This document shows, piece after piece, positions 26,001 to 37,300 of a DNA stretch of 64,000 bases (positions are counted from its first letter, which is position 1; every line of letters begins with the position of its first letter). The translations under genes were made by a program, and so were the position numbers. Below the pieces are notes generated by a model. That model did no database searches. It had not been told where the DNA came from and saw nothing but the letters and a program-made list of their open reading frames with translations. Source of the stretch: Camelus ferus (lineage: Eukaryota); NCBI RefSeq assembly GCF_009834535.1, contig NC_045696.1:105340001-105404000 (forward strand). The letters run 5' to 3'.

Positions 26001-27152
26001 AAATATTTTAGGTCAATTTGGCACTAGAACAGAGCAGAAGGAACATAACTGCTGATATCCTTGAATAAAGTCTGTCTAGACAGCTTAATTTTTCACTCTT
26101 CAATCTTTAAGACAATGGATGTGTCCAGCAGTCAAATAGTGAAAAATCCTTCACACCTTCATGCATTCAGTTACTCATTTGTTAAATGAATGGCTCATTC
26201 TATGAATGGCTCTCCATTTATTCATTCATTCATTCACCTGTGGAGTCAGACAGGTACCTGGCTCCAGTATCAGTATTCTGGTCACAGGTTGCCCTAGAGC
26301 CAGCCTTGCCTCACCTGAGATCTTTAGGTGAGGTCAACTGATGATAAATAGAAGGCATTCACTGTGTTTTCCACTGATAATTTTCCTACCTGTTCTGGTT
26401 TGGATGATGGATTTTTTTTTTAATTGTAGTATAAGCCCCAGTGGTCCCCGTGGCAAGACAATGGATCCACTGAGAACTGCAACGATGTTTGTGGCTGTCC
26501 CCACACTCATTTTTTTTCTCTTCTCCCTCCTTTAAAGGGTCACAAGATGCAGATAAGACCTGGGGGCTCCCTGCATCCAGATGAAATGCAGCATCCTGTC
26601 TGCCCAGGCAGGCCTGGGGGAGCCCTTCTGCAGCCCGCTCCCTGCCATGGCCTGTGCCACTACCCACCAACATCCTAATCACCAGAGGCCAGGAAATCCA
26701 CAGGGTGGAGGGACAGCTCACCAGCCAGCACCTCCCCAGGCCCCTGCCTTCCAAACATTCCCCACTAGATGCTTCCCTTCTTCGTGGCATCGCTGCCTTT
26801 TAGAAATTAGGCGATGTTGCTTTAATCACGAGAGTGGGAGAAATCCCGCCCAAGAGAGTAATTTCTTTGCATTTTTCATTTTTATAGTTGTTCAAGCTCA
26901 ATTCAAGTGTCAAAATCGAATTACGGCTACCTGCAGGGCATGCCAGCTGACTGGGTCTCTGAGACACACTTTGCCCAGAATGACTAATTGTCTTCTTTAT
27001 TCCAGCTCCCCTCCCTCCCAACTCACAGACACCAAGAGGGCTGGGGTGTGCAGAAGGAGGGCCTGGTCTGTTAGTCACTCACCTGCTTTCTGATGTTGCA
27101 GGAGCTGAGGTGTGGTGACCAGGTGTGCCGTCAAGTGTTCAAGAAGAAGTAA
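5727..27152 (+). CDS. RBP2: Cellular retinol-binding protein 2 (CRBP2), spliced CDS join(5727..5799,18735..18913,25420..25521,27102..27152), 134 aa
   Basis: Exons of 73+179+102+51=405 nt splice in frame at GT-AG junctions to [134 protein letters not shown]. Recognisably CRBP2, with the four-exon layout typical of the iLBP/FABP family. Confidence 0.98.
6707..6810 (+). mobile_element. tRNA-Ala-derived SINE (vic-1-like), short form
   Basis: A box AGCTTAGTGG, B box GGTTCGATCC, A-rich tail; flanking repeats AAGAACAGGAATCATGGG / AAGAATGGGAATCATGGG. Confidence 0.85.
7465..7570 (+). mobile_element. tRNA-Ala-derived SINE, short form
   Basis: GGGGAGGGTATAGCTCAGTGG...GGTTCAATCCCC, A-rich tail, TSD TAAATAAT(C/G)AA. 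Confidence 0.9.
9238..9743 (-). mobile_element. MaLR solo LTR (MLT1-like), degraded
   Basis: MLT1-like blocks (CTCACAGTTCTGG, CTCAGAAGTCACATGGC, terminal AATCTGCCACA); subfamily uncertain. Confidence 0.6.
10574..10625 (-). mobile_element. Ultra-short 5'-truncated L1 3' terminus
   Basis: T-rich tail plus TTTAATTGAGTTATAGTCATTTTACAAT, between perfect 17-bp repeats GGAAAAATCCCAGTCTT (10557-10573, 10626-10642). Confidence 0.85.
10975..11845 (-). mobile_element. L2 LINE 3' fragment
   Basis: L2-like ACAAATGTACTGAGCACCTACCACATG and later ACATCCAAGTGGAG...TCTGGAGCTCAGGG; boundaries approximate. Confidence 0.7.
13728..13971. mobile_element. Tigger2/MER8-type non-autonomous DNA transposon (TcMar)
   Basis: Perfect 15-bp TIRs CAGTTGACCCTTGAA ... 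TTCAAGGGTCAACTG with TA on both sides. Confidence 0.9.
14425..14610 (-). mobile_element. MIR SINE
   Basis: MIR core AACCCTATGAGATG...GAGAAACTGAGGCTCAGAAAGG...CACAGCTAG. Confidence 0.7.
14620..14789. mobile_element. MER5-like hAT-Charlie element
   Basis: Resembles MER5A (CAGAATTGCCTGAAGGCTTGTGAAA...CCCAGAATTCACTTTTCTAAGAGCTTCCC...CACTTAGAGAAGCGCTG). Confidence 0.55.
17600..17804 (+). mobile_element. 5'-truncated L1 3' end with poly(A)
   Basis: TATAGCACAGAGAACTATATTCAG...GCTGTACACCAGAAATTGA...ACTATACTTCAATT then A tract; TSD AAGATTCCCTTT (17588-17599, 17803-17814). Confidence 0.9.
18120..18236 (+). mobile_element. tRNA-Ala-derived SINE, long form
   Basis: tRNA head plus AAATAAACAAATCTAATTACTGCCCC extension; TSD AAAATGGAAGTTT. 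Confidence 0.9.
18735..18913 (+). CDS. RBP2: RBP2 exon 2 (D25-K84)
   Basis: Acceptor CCCTTTGCCAACAG| at 18734; 179 nt; donor AAG|GTACTG at 18914. Confidence 0.98.
19415..19884 (-). mobile_element. ERV1-type solo LTR in RBP2 intron 2
   Basis: ~470 bp; begins TGTGAAATAAAATTCC on the - strand; flanked by 4-bp AATG repeats; LTR-like block GGACTATAACCCAGGAAGAGCATCTCAGAAAGCTCTGAG. The other terminus lacks the canonical dinucleotide. Confidence 0.65.
21478..21500 (+). repeat. (CA)n microsatellite
   Basis: Direct observation. Confidence 0.95.
22135..22475 (+). mobile_element. Old L1 (L1MB-like) 3' end
   Basis: GCAGCCATAAAAAGGAAC...AACATTATGCTAAGTG...ATCCAGAATAGGCAAA...GGGGTTTCTTT motifs. Confidence 0.75.
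22700..23050 (-). mobile_element. L1 3' UTR fragment containing a (GT)n microsatellite at ~22960-22997
   Basis: GGTAACCACAAGTTTGTTTTCTATGTCTGTGAG...AGATTCCACATATCAGTGATATC...TGGCTGAGCAGTATTCCATT. Confidence 0.85.
23456..23588 (-). mobile_element. tRNA-Ala-derived SINE, long form
   Basis: Antisense: T tract, GTAATTAGGTTTATTT, GGGATTGAACCCAGGACC...CTCTACCACTGGGCTATACCC. Confidence 0.9.
25420..25521 (+). CDS. RBP2: RBP2 exon 3 (T85-L118)
   Basis: Acceptor TCATTGCAG|; 102 nt encoding [34 protein letters not shown]; donor CTG|GTAAGT. Confidence 0.98.
27102..27152 (+). CDS. RBP2: RBP2 exon 4 coding part (E119-K134, TAA)
   Basis: Acceptor CTTTCTGATGTTGCAG|; [16 protein letters not shown] then TAA at 27150-27152. 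Too short to appear in the ORF track. Confidence 0.97.
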   Translation, partial: ELRCGDQVCRQVFKKK

Positions 27153-27344
27153 TGGCCGGAGAGGGGCCTACTGAGCATGCACTCCCCACTCCCCACTCTC
27201 TGTAAAGAGTTCCCCGACTGGCTTGGGAAGCAGCCAAGGGGACCCTCCCACTCCTGACAGAGCCCATTAAGGCATCTGGATGGGTTTTAAACAGAACGCG
27301 TGTGTAACAGTGACAGACACATTCTTCCTTCCTTGGAAGCTGGC

Positions 27345-27350
27345 ATTAAA
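27345..27350 (+). terminator. Likely RBP2 polyadenylation signal (ATTAAA variant)
   Basis: First A(A/T)TAAA hexamer after the stop codon, about 190 nt downstream. Confidence 0.6.
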
Positions 27351-27812
27351 CGAAAAAACAAAAATCACTCCCATACTTTGAAACCCTTTCATCTATCTCC
27401 CTTTATTTCTAGAACTGTCAGTTTTATCCCCAAGCAGAAGAAATGATTGCCCGCATGGCGGTTTTCTGTGTGGCTTATGCTTTTGCTTTTTAGTTTAGCT
27501 TTGTTTGTTTGTTGTTTGTTTGTTTGTTTGTGTTAGTGTAGGGGGAGTTGTATTCTCTGACCAGCACAGCATCCCTACTGATTTTTGGACATTGCCTATT
27601 TGAGATTCATTTTTTTGGATAACACATTTATTTCTCCAAGATTCTACTTTAAGAAGCATATGTCTTCCAGTTTGCATGAGCAGCCTGGATAGAGCTACCT
27701 CTGAAGGTCTGTGCAGGGCTACTGTACCAGCTGCTCTGGTCCAGGCCAGCCCTTTGCCCTTCAGCCCTGGGTAGACTGGCACCCCTGCAGAGGGATCACC
27801 AAACACTGCCAG

Positions 27813-28010
27813 ATGGCCTGGGTTCAAGTCCTGCTGCTCCAATTCTTAGCTGGGTGACCATCATTTGGCATCTCTATCCTTGTTTTTCTCTTCTATAAGA
27901 TGGAGAAGACAAAAATAACATCTCCTCCACTGCGTTACTGTGAGGATTAAGCAAGTTGGTATGTGCAAAGTTCCTGGAACAGGACCTGGTGCATGGGAAG
28001 GGTGTTGTCC
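27813..28010 (+). mobile_element. MIR SINE
   Basis: CCTGGGTTCAAGTCCTG...TAGCTGGGTGACC...GTGAGGATTAAG. Confidence 0.6.
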
Positions 28011-29654
28011 CTACTAGCTCTGGTCATTACGTGGAGTTACTCCCTCCACAACCCCGGGGGTCCAGATGAGTGGATGCTAAGTAGCGATAGGCCAGTACCT
28101 CCAAGGTCTCCTGATGCTTCCAGAACATTAGGGTTGTTACTCTGAGCAGCACTGTATTTTCCTGCTAGGTACACAAATGGACCAGTGCACCTGGAACAGC
28201 AGAGTGGTTATAGGGATGGATGCATGGTGGCTCATTCATGAGGTCCTGGGAAGGCACTGCAGGTCAAAGGCATCTCCTCCTACCTCTGTAGTAGGGCCGG
28301 GAATCCCACCATTAGGCAGACATAGCCTCTGTAAAGTAGGTTCACCCCAGGAGGGGCAGCACCTCGTATTAGCACACTCTGGTATGCTGGGCATGACCAC
28401 TGATCCCTAACGTGCTAAATGGGATTGAGGATGGAGAGAGAGGCTGTAATCTGCCCACATGACCCAAGGCCAGACTCAAGCGCTTGTGCCTGGCGGCAGG
28501 ACTCAGGCCTCCCGGCAAGCTGTGCTCCCCAACAACCATACCACATCCAAGGAAGTACCCAGGGGGCCTCATGCCGGCTGGGGGCCTAGGGGAGGTGGGG
28601 GTCCTCCTATGGGTGCTGGGGAAGGGGAGCCTCCTGAGGTGCAGGCCTGGCTCCTGGGCAGAACGGGGGCCCAGCAGAGGGACTGGTAAAGTGAACCCTT
28701 TGTCCTCGGCTTCCCCAGAGCCCCTCCAGAGATCCTGTGTCCTGGAATGACCCCCCCACCGCAGCCTCAAATGACCCTCTTCCTTGTTCCTCAAGAAAAT
28801 CCCATTGAACAAGGTCACTGGGGACTAGTTATAAAGTATTCTGCACATGTACAGGGTTATTTTTATTAGTAATTTTTGATCCTAGCTTTTGCAAAGTATA
28901 TCCTAGGGAATGTTAGTCCCCTCAAGACTCTGTGAAAAGGTTCCTGCTCAAGTGAACTTTGGGATGCTGAGAACTATACCCCCTTCTGAGAAATGCACAG
29001 TGAGAATTAGTGTCGTTAAAGCCTTGAAAAGCCTTAAACCTCGGGATCCCCTTCACCCTGCAGCGTGGCCTTTCGCAGGGTGTTTTGGAAATACTACCCT
29101 CATTCCTTCATGTGCATTCAGTGAGACAGAACAAAATACCATTTTCCAGGTGGGATTTTCTCAGCGTATTCTTTCACAAATGAGAAGTAACTGAATTGGT
29201 TCACATATAGTGTGAAAGGCTGATTGTATTCATTCTATTGATCATTCTTTATCAACAAAGATGCATCTGAACTCAGAAGAAGTCAAATTGGAGGTACCCA
29301 TTCAAAAGCCAGGACAGGTATTTGGGGCCAGGGTCCGCCTCCCCATCCCGCACTCACTGTGGATGAGGCAGGGCAAGTCTCCTGCCTCCCATTTCTGCGC
29401 CTTCAGCCTATTTCAAAACCAAACCATGACAGGAATGCTTCCCCTCGGTACTGACAAGGCTGTTTGAGGGACGGAGTGGAAGGGGTCACCTTGATGGGAG
29501 AGATTCCCAGACCTTCAGAACCCCAGCTTTCTGGGGATGTCATGAGAGAGATTAAGGTTAACTATAAGCCAGGGAGCCTGATCTTGAAAGTTAAAGAGGA
29601 CCTGTCACACGCAAATCCCAGCTCACAAATCAGCAGCGCTGCAGAGCGGCTCAA

Positions 29655-29830
29655 GCTTGGACTTCCAGTGTCAGCCCTTGGCTCAAACCCTGCCCCGCCT
29701 CTCCCCAGCTGTGTGACGGTCTGGCAGTTACTCTCCCTCTCTGAGCCTCTGTTTCTCCATCTGCAAAATGAGGAATTTGGACCCTGATTCATAAGGGGTA
29801 ATCAGAATTGAGTAAGATCTTAGCACTGTG
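29655..29830 (+). mobile_element. MIR SINE
   Basis: AGCTGTGTGAC...CTCTCTGAGCCTCTGTTTCTCCATCTGCAAAATG. Confidence 0.6.
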
Positions 29831-30946
29831 ACTGAAACGACAGTCAATACCATTATCACCGACCGCCCTCTGTATATGCAGAGGCCGGGGGGCAGGTCCA
29901 GGAATATGCTGTTACAAGCTCCCCAGGTGAGCACCTGCGGGTGCTTGACAAGCACACTGACAAGCCCTACCCCGTTCAGGTAAACATGATTCACTTTAAA
30001 TGTGCACCTTTAAACAAAATCCCAGTCCATCTCCTCAGCTGGCCAAAGGTCAGGTGAAAAGCCCACACATCTTTCCACCCTGCGTATCAGAGCCCCCACC
30101 TGTGAGGCTGAGCCCTGTAAGAGAAGTGACCACTCTCTGGACCAGCTTCCTGACAGGGGAGGCACTGGGACCCTGGAGGGTGGCAGTGGGCGATGGGGCC
30201 AGGGAAGGGCAGAGAAGGAAGTGGCTTGAACAAAGGCTAGGGGCAGAAAAAGGCAAAGAGGACTGAGGAATGGTGGGAGAGTGGCATCTGCCCTGTGAAG
30301 GTAAGTGACGAGGCCGGGTGGGGAAAGTCATTACTCAGTAGAGGGAAGTAGGCTGTGACCACCTTGGTGGGACGCTCTCGGTAGATCATGGGATCCAGTG
30401 CAGGATTCCAAGCACCAAGTGATGTGATCTGACACCTGGACCAGGAACCATGCTGTGGCCATTGATGGCAGGACAGCTGGAGGTGGGGAGAGGGACTCAG
30501 GTTCACCTGCTCAGAGGCTGTTGTAACAAGTTGTTCTTGGGAGAAGCAGTGAGGGACCCATGGCAGGGCCGGGGAGTGGTTGCAGGAAGGAAGGGAGGAA
30601 CCTGATGGCGCTGGAAGAGGCCCCTGCACCAGATGAAGGTTGCTGGAGGCTCTCGGAGGAGGTGCGGCAAGAGTCTGGTGTGGGTTTGGGGAAGAGGGAG
30701 AAGGAGGAGCCTCCACGTGGCTTAGCTGTGGAGGGGAGTGGGCTGCTGAAGGGGTGTGGGTTTGGGCTAGGCCTGCTGCACGTGAGGTGACAGAGCAGGG
30801 ACTGCAAGGCCCACCTGTGTCTCCCATCGCCACTGCCACCCTCCGAGGGCCAAATGTCACCCCTTCATCTTACCTCCCTGCTGGGGCGGGAGGAGTGGCC
30901 AGGCTGCCACGCACACTTTTGAGGCCAGCATGTGATGATGACACCA

Positions 30947-31090
30947 GGGATGAGAGGAGGAGGGGAGGGAAAGGAGAAGAGAAAGGAGGGAGAGGACAGA
31001 GCAGGAAAGCAAAGAAAAGAAGGAGGAAAGTATGGGTGAGGAGGGGAGGGGACTGGGTGTGGGGGGGAGGGAGAGGGGAGGAGGGACTTG
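30947..31090 (+). repeat. Purine-rich (GA/GGA) low-complexity tract
   Basis: Long near-pure A/G stretch followed by G runs. Confidence 0.85.
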
Positions 31091-34000
31091 GGACAGAGCC
31101 CCACTCATGGTGAGGGAGGGCAGAAAAGAGGAGCAGATGTGACCGCCTTGATCAGCCAGGTACACAGACCACAACCAGAGCAACAGAGTCCGAGACACAC
31201 ACAGGGGCTTTCTCTAGTTTTTTTCTCCCCACATACACCCCCGAAGTACAGGAGGGTTTCTTTAAAAACAACTACGCAAATCAACACAGAGCAGGTGTAT
31301 TTACAAGCTCAGTAGGCTTAGCCTGGGTCCTTAACTGGTGTTCAAAGAGAGGACACTGGGCCTTTTGTTAGGTACCTTGTCTGCTCTGGAGCACTTCCCA
31401 GGACTATGACAGAACAGCCCATTTTACAGAGGAAGAAACTGAGGCTTGGACTGGGTCCAACACTCCCCCAAGACCCCACAGCTGGTAAGTCACAGAGGCA
31501 GAATTTGAACACAGGCAGGTCTGTCTCCAGATGCGGAGACCCTCTAGGACGAGGCAGCCCTTGGCAGGGACGGCATGGCCCTCCCACTTCCTACGTGTCC
31601 GGACCCACCCCAGCAGGTTCCGCTGCGGTGGCATGTTCAGGAGACCACGAAGGCCGTTTCTTCTCAGTTGTCTGAAATCAGGTGGTTTTTTGTTTTTTGT
31701 TTTTTTTCCAATCAACATTCACTTAAAGTCTCCTTCAAGACGAATTCTGTTGCTGACAGGACATCATCGGAGGTGACTGGTTTGCATTCTCCCGGCTGGG
31801 GGGTTGGGCCCGCCTCTGACAGAACTGATGGTCAGAGCAGACTCCCCGGAACTGATTTTTCTACTTGAACTGGCTCTTCACGTGTGATTTGTGATTGATT
31901 AGAAGGGCAGAGGTTGGGAATATTTCATTTGGGCTCACTGATTACACTGGTTATGTAGAGATCCAATTGGAAGCTGGGGCTTAAGAAAATGAAATAGAAA
32001 TGAACTACACAGAATTTCCTAGAATTTTCAAGATTTAGTGGTAGATTTTCCGGGGCTGGTCCTCATTTGAGTTGCTCCTCATGCTTCTGCATTGCTAAGG
32101 TCAGGGAAAGCCAGGGGGTACCATGGGGAAGGCCTGGAAAAGGTGGTCAAATGCTACCTTTTTAAAGACTATTATAACAGAAAATGCATTTGGCCAATAG
32201 GAGATTAGTGAGCCCCTGCCGTGGTCAGAGGCTGGAGGCACAGATGAGTCAGTCTGCTCCTGTCAGCCATGCTAGGCGTTTTTCACAGAGGGGATCCAGT
32301 ATAGGGAATGGCTTACACAGAAGATGGGAAAGTTTAGAAGCCTCATAAGAGATGTGAAGCAGCTGGGAGCTTAGTAGGAAGCTGCCAGTATCACCCCGAG
32401 GGACAGAGGGATCAGGAGGAAAGTGGTTACCAGAAGCCAGGCTGCCAGGCAGAGCTGGACCTTGGGGGTGGGGTGGGGTATCAGAGGAGACCAAAAAACA
32501 CCCCCAAAACAGAAGAGGGAGGAAGAGATGGAGAAACACTCTGGCTTTTCCTTTCTTCTCACTTGCCAACCTCCCATCTGGGCTCCCATGAGTAGAAGCT
32601 AGCCCAAAGCCTGCCACCAGGAAGCCTGGGAAATGTAGTTCCCTGCAGGGCAGAGCAGCACAGGGAAAGGAGGGGAAGATGTCTGATAGCAAATGCACAC
32701 CGAGGGGCACTCATGGGAGCAGCCCCCAGGCCCTACCCTCCAAGAGCTCCCAGTCTGACTCCAGCCATCTCTCAAGTAAAGGGAAGAGGGGAGGGGGTCA
32801 TCATCAACTGACCCCTCCTTGTGCCATGTGGTGTGCCACATGTTTTACATACATACGTACGGTAGCTCTCGTAGTCCTCAATGCGACCTTGAACGGCAGT
32901 ACCATCCCCACTTTGCTTTACACAGGAGGAAACGGGGGCTTGGCAGGGTCAGGGTTTGGATGCAGCCTCACAGAGCTCAGGCTTCTGTTGGCATTCCCAG
33001 GGCCTGTGGCTGCCTTACTCCTGACATTCATCAGTCTTTGGGCGAATGTGACCTTTTCCAAGTGCAGACAAACCTTAATCCCAATCCTGAAGGATGATGA
33101 AGTTAATAAAAGAAAGCACTTATTGAATTGAAACGAAACTATTTTATTCACCTTAATTACTTTTAGCTCCTATTAAGTATTTAAAAGCTCAATGGAAATG
33201 TTTTCTTTTATTAAAGTTCACTCTTTCAAGCTTAAAAAGCAGTGGAAGCCTCTCTAACACTTCCCCAGAGCCCAGGGCCTTGGCTAATCACAATCGCACA
33301 GGCTGGACCACAGGTCTAGCAGGTGTGCTTGCATGTGTCCGGGCAAGCGTGAGATATGGGTGACTCTGAACCCCGGCTCTGCGGCACCTCTCACACTGCA
33401 GTTATTTAGTGATTTGGTTACCTCTGGTTCATTGCCGATCCCATCCTCCTGGACCACAAACTCCGCAAGGGCAGAGGCGGTCCTGGTTTGTGTCCTGCTT
33501 TCTGCAGCCGCCGGTGCCAACTGCTGCCTCTGCCCTTCGCCTGTCTGGATCGCAGACACAGTCAGCCAGGAAGTATTTATCCAACACACATTGGTGCCAG
33601 GGCCTGGGACAGATGCAGACATTTTTCTTCATCAACCTGTTCATTTCGGGAGCATTTATTGATGATCTATTCTGAACCAGACCCAGCGAGCAGCCGGGCA
33701 CTGATGGGATAGTGGGAAACAAAGCAGCCATGTTCCCTCCTCCCAAAGTTTGCTTCTAAGCCTTACAGCCTTGCAAGGCAGGCATCATTATCCTCATTTT
33801 ATACACAAGGCTCAAACAGGGTGAGAAGAATTCCAAAAGCACATTCCTAATTTGGCAGTGACAGGACCAGGAATCTCACCTCTTCCTTCCTCCTCTCCTT
33901 GCTGGGCCAGGCGGGAGGCAGAGGAAGAACCTGCAAATTAACTAGAGAAATCAGAAGATGCTGTTGCTTTATGTGTTTCTCCTAATAAGAGAAGAAAATG

Positions 34001-34174
34001 AAAGGCCCTTATAATCCACTAGCTGTGGATAAACAAGATCTTGTCTGTAAGGCCCTCACCCGAGCGCCTGGCAGGTAACAGTCACACAACAAATCGTGGC
34101 CAAGACAATAGTCTGTAATTACTTTTTCTAAAAAAACAAAATGGGACCATTTTTTCTAAAAGCCAGAAAGGACC

Positions 34175-34362
34175 AATTATTCCCCCCAAGGACGATCAGC
34201 ATTGTCTGCAGACATTTTTGGTTGTCATAACTAGGGGTGTGTTGTCATTGACATCTAATGGGTAGAGACCAGGGACGCCGCTAACCTTCCTACAATGCAC
34301 AGCACAGACCGCACAGCAAAGAATGTTGTGGCCTAAATGCTGGGAGTGCAGATGAGAAGCTG
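34175..34362 (+). mobile_element. MER20 (hAT-Charlie)
   Basis: GACATTTTTGGTTGTCATAACT...GGGTAGAGACCAGGGACGCCGCTAACCTTCCTACAATGCACAG matches the recalled MER20 consensus. Confidence 0.85.
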
Positions 34363-37300
34363 GCCTAGGGGGGACTTTTCTTGAGTCATTAATTATTTTT
34401 TATAACTCATTATTTTCAGTGGACACAGAGCAATCGATTGCATGGCTGATGGTCTAGAATTAGTTGGTCTAGAATTAATTTTTTCTTGTGAGCGAAGTGT
34501 AGGACTAATTCGCTTTATCCCAGCTTCATAGGCGGGCTTCGGGGTGTTACCACCATTTGGCTCCTCGCACCCCGCCTCGATCTCGTTGGCTCTCTCAGGG
34601 ACCATGGAAGACTTGGACCAGATCTGCTTCTTTGCAGAAAGAGTCAGGAATCCTGAGATTTAGTTCCTATTTTTAAGTGATCGCCCCCTCCCAGTTCGTC
34701 TCTCCAGATCACAGGCCTGGAGGCTCCTCTTCGCCCCATTATGACCTTTGGGTAATGTTAATGCACTTCCGATAACAGGAAATCTGGAAGCCAGAGTCAA
34801 GTGACATGGGCCCAGCCAGATTAGAATGGCTTCAAATCCCTTTAGACTTAAGGAACAATGGCCTGATTGGAACTGTAGGGATAATTAGAAAATACAGGGC
34901 TGCTTTCTCTAATCAGGGTGAGGTTCTGGGACTGCGGAGGCGTCGGCTGGGAAGCTGCTACATTTTCTTGAACAGGTGAGGCTACAGAAGACCTTTCAGA
35001 GTAGAGACTCTAGTCCCTTTGGCCCACCTAGGCCAGAGATCAGGGTCCTTAGTTTGTTGTATGCAAATTGTACCTCCATAGACCCTTTTTTTTTTTAAGA
35101 CTCTATAGTGGGAACCTGGTTGTAACTCTCGCTGTAAGGGTAAAGATTTCAATAAAATTCACCGAACTGGAGCCAGGAGGAAACTTAGTGGTCATCTGAC
35201 ACCCTTCCCCCTGCTAGAAGCCAGAGAAGGGACTTGCTAAGATCACTTAGTAATGAGGAGGCTGGGACTTGAATTTAGATTTTCCCAACTTTCATTCCAG
35301 AGCGCTTCCCAATTCCCATGGGACCTAAGGAAAATAACCTCCGTGTTGAAGGCCACACTGCCCCCTCCATACTCTCATAGGGAGAAACCACAAAGCACAG
35401 CATTGGGTCAGGGGTCACTAAAAGGACCACCTAACATTTGTGAAATAACTTTCAGTTTATACAGCATTTTCATACTTGATATTGTACGTGATCTTCATAA
35501 GAACCAGGAAGAAAAGGCAGATATTGTTAAAATGCCCTTGGCGGATGAGGAAGCGGAGGCACCAAGGGTTAGGGGATGTTCCCCAGGTCACCCAGATTAT
35601 TAACAGTAGAGCAGGCCCTCAGGCAAAGTTCTCCTAACCCACGTCCCAGAGCATCCCCCACTCCTCGGGGGCCCACATTTATTCCAGCCCCTGAGATTCC
35701 AAAAGGCAGGAGAAACCCCAGGATGCCCAGAAATCCATGGTGGAGGCCACCCAGGTTTGGAAGACTCCTTTGAAAAAAGAGAGAAAGACCCCTGAAAGAA
35801 CAAGGCACCCTCTGGCCTGGAGGGTGGGCATCTCAATGGCCAGAGGGGCCCAGAGCCTCTCACTGGCACCTGGGAAGGAGGGCTCCTTGTCCAGGGCAGG
35901 GGAGTAGAAGGGATATTCCTTCACTCTGGTTCTCCCATCAGAAGAAGAAGAAAGAAAAAGGCCACATCACCATCTCCCTGCACCCCTCCTGGAGCAAAGG
36001 TTAAGCCCCACCAGCCCACAAGTGGACTCTGCCCCTTGGCTGCTTTGAAAACCAGCTTGTTTAAAGTCCTGTTTCCAATCCATTATTTTGCACGAAACAT
36101 CAGCAGGGAAACTTCTTGGAAGGAACCACGTCCTCCAGTGGACTGGTCAGTGTGTCTGCCTTAATGGCACTGACGGCCCAGTTGGCAGCTCCTGTGCCCA
36201 TCCACCCAGATCTGCTTGGGTGGGCTTCACTGCCATGTTGCCCTGGGGGAGCTGCCCCAGCCTCTCTGCATAGGGATGTCCTTCCTCTCTCCCTCCTCCC
36301 TGTTCCCTGTCTGTCATACCGACGCCGGGAGCACTTTGTCATTAACTAATAGTGGGAAGTCATGGGACAAATGTACATAAAAGTGGGAAAGGAAAAGGTG
36401 AAAAAGCAGAGCCTGCGGGTGGGGAGCAGGGGAAGAGCTGGGTGCCAGGGAGCAGTTGCCTGGGGACAAGTCTAGCACCAAAGTTCCAGAATGTGCATGT
36501 GGCGAGGTTGTCTCTGAGTGGATTGTTATGAACCACTCGTATGAGGAATAAAAACTCAGTTGCCTCTGGGCCTCCATAGGAGTTAGACCATGAACAAGCT
36601 CTGAGTGGGCAGGGAGGGGAAACAAAGACCTGCTGCTCCTCCACCTGTGTGACCTTGAGTCAGTTTCTTAACCTCTCTGAGCCCTTTTCTGGCAAGTAGG
36701 TAGACTGATCCTTGCCCACCTCTCAAGATTGTCATGGTTCTTCACAAGAAGCTAGAGGATGTCACAGTCCTAAATCCTGGGAGTGCTTCCTGGGTGCTGG
36801 TGTGAGGCATGGATGAGTTAGAACATGTTGAGGGCTTGCTTGCCTACCCAACCCACAATCCTCCCTTGCCCCACTTCCAGTCCAGTCTCAAGTTTATTCT
36901 GGGATCACTCAGCTCCAGAGGGAAACCATGTTATTGGTCTGGTCTAAACTGCCCAGTCAAGCTGAAGGGAAAGATTTATATTTCATGGTTGGGGCAGGGG
37001 GCCGCCCTGGTGGACATCCTCAGAGGATGCCCAGGGCAAGGATGGCAGAGCTGATACACAAGGACAGCTCGCATCCTTGACAACATCACTGAGCCACCTG
37101 GAGCCTGCCTTCCCCCTGGACTTCAAGAATCGTGAGAAAACAAATAGCCCTACTTTTCAAGCCCATTTGAATTGGAGTTTCTGGGACTTGCAACCCCGGC
37201 GTCTTCACTTCACTGCCCACAGGGAGGGCTTCTTTATCACGCCAGCCACGGAGGCTCTCGCAGAACCCGCCACACTTCTTCTCATGTGCTAGGAAGCAAA

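Noticed and set aside
30237..31198. Overlapping 100-207 aa ORFs
   Set aside because: Arise from GC/purine-rich low-complexity DNA depleted of stop codons; Pro/Ser- or Gly/Arg-biased with no recognisable homology.
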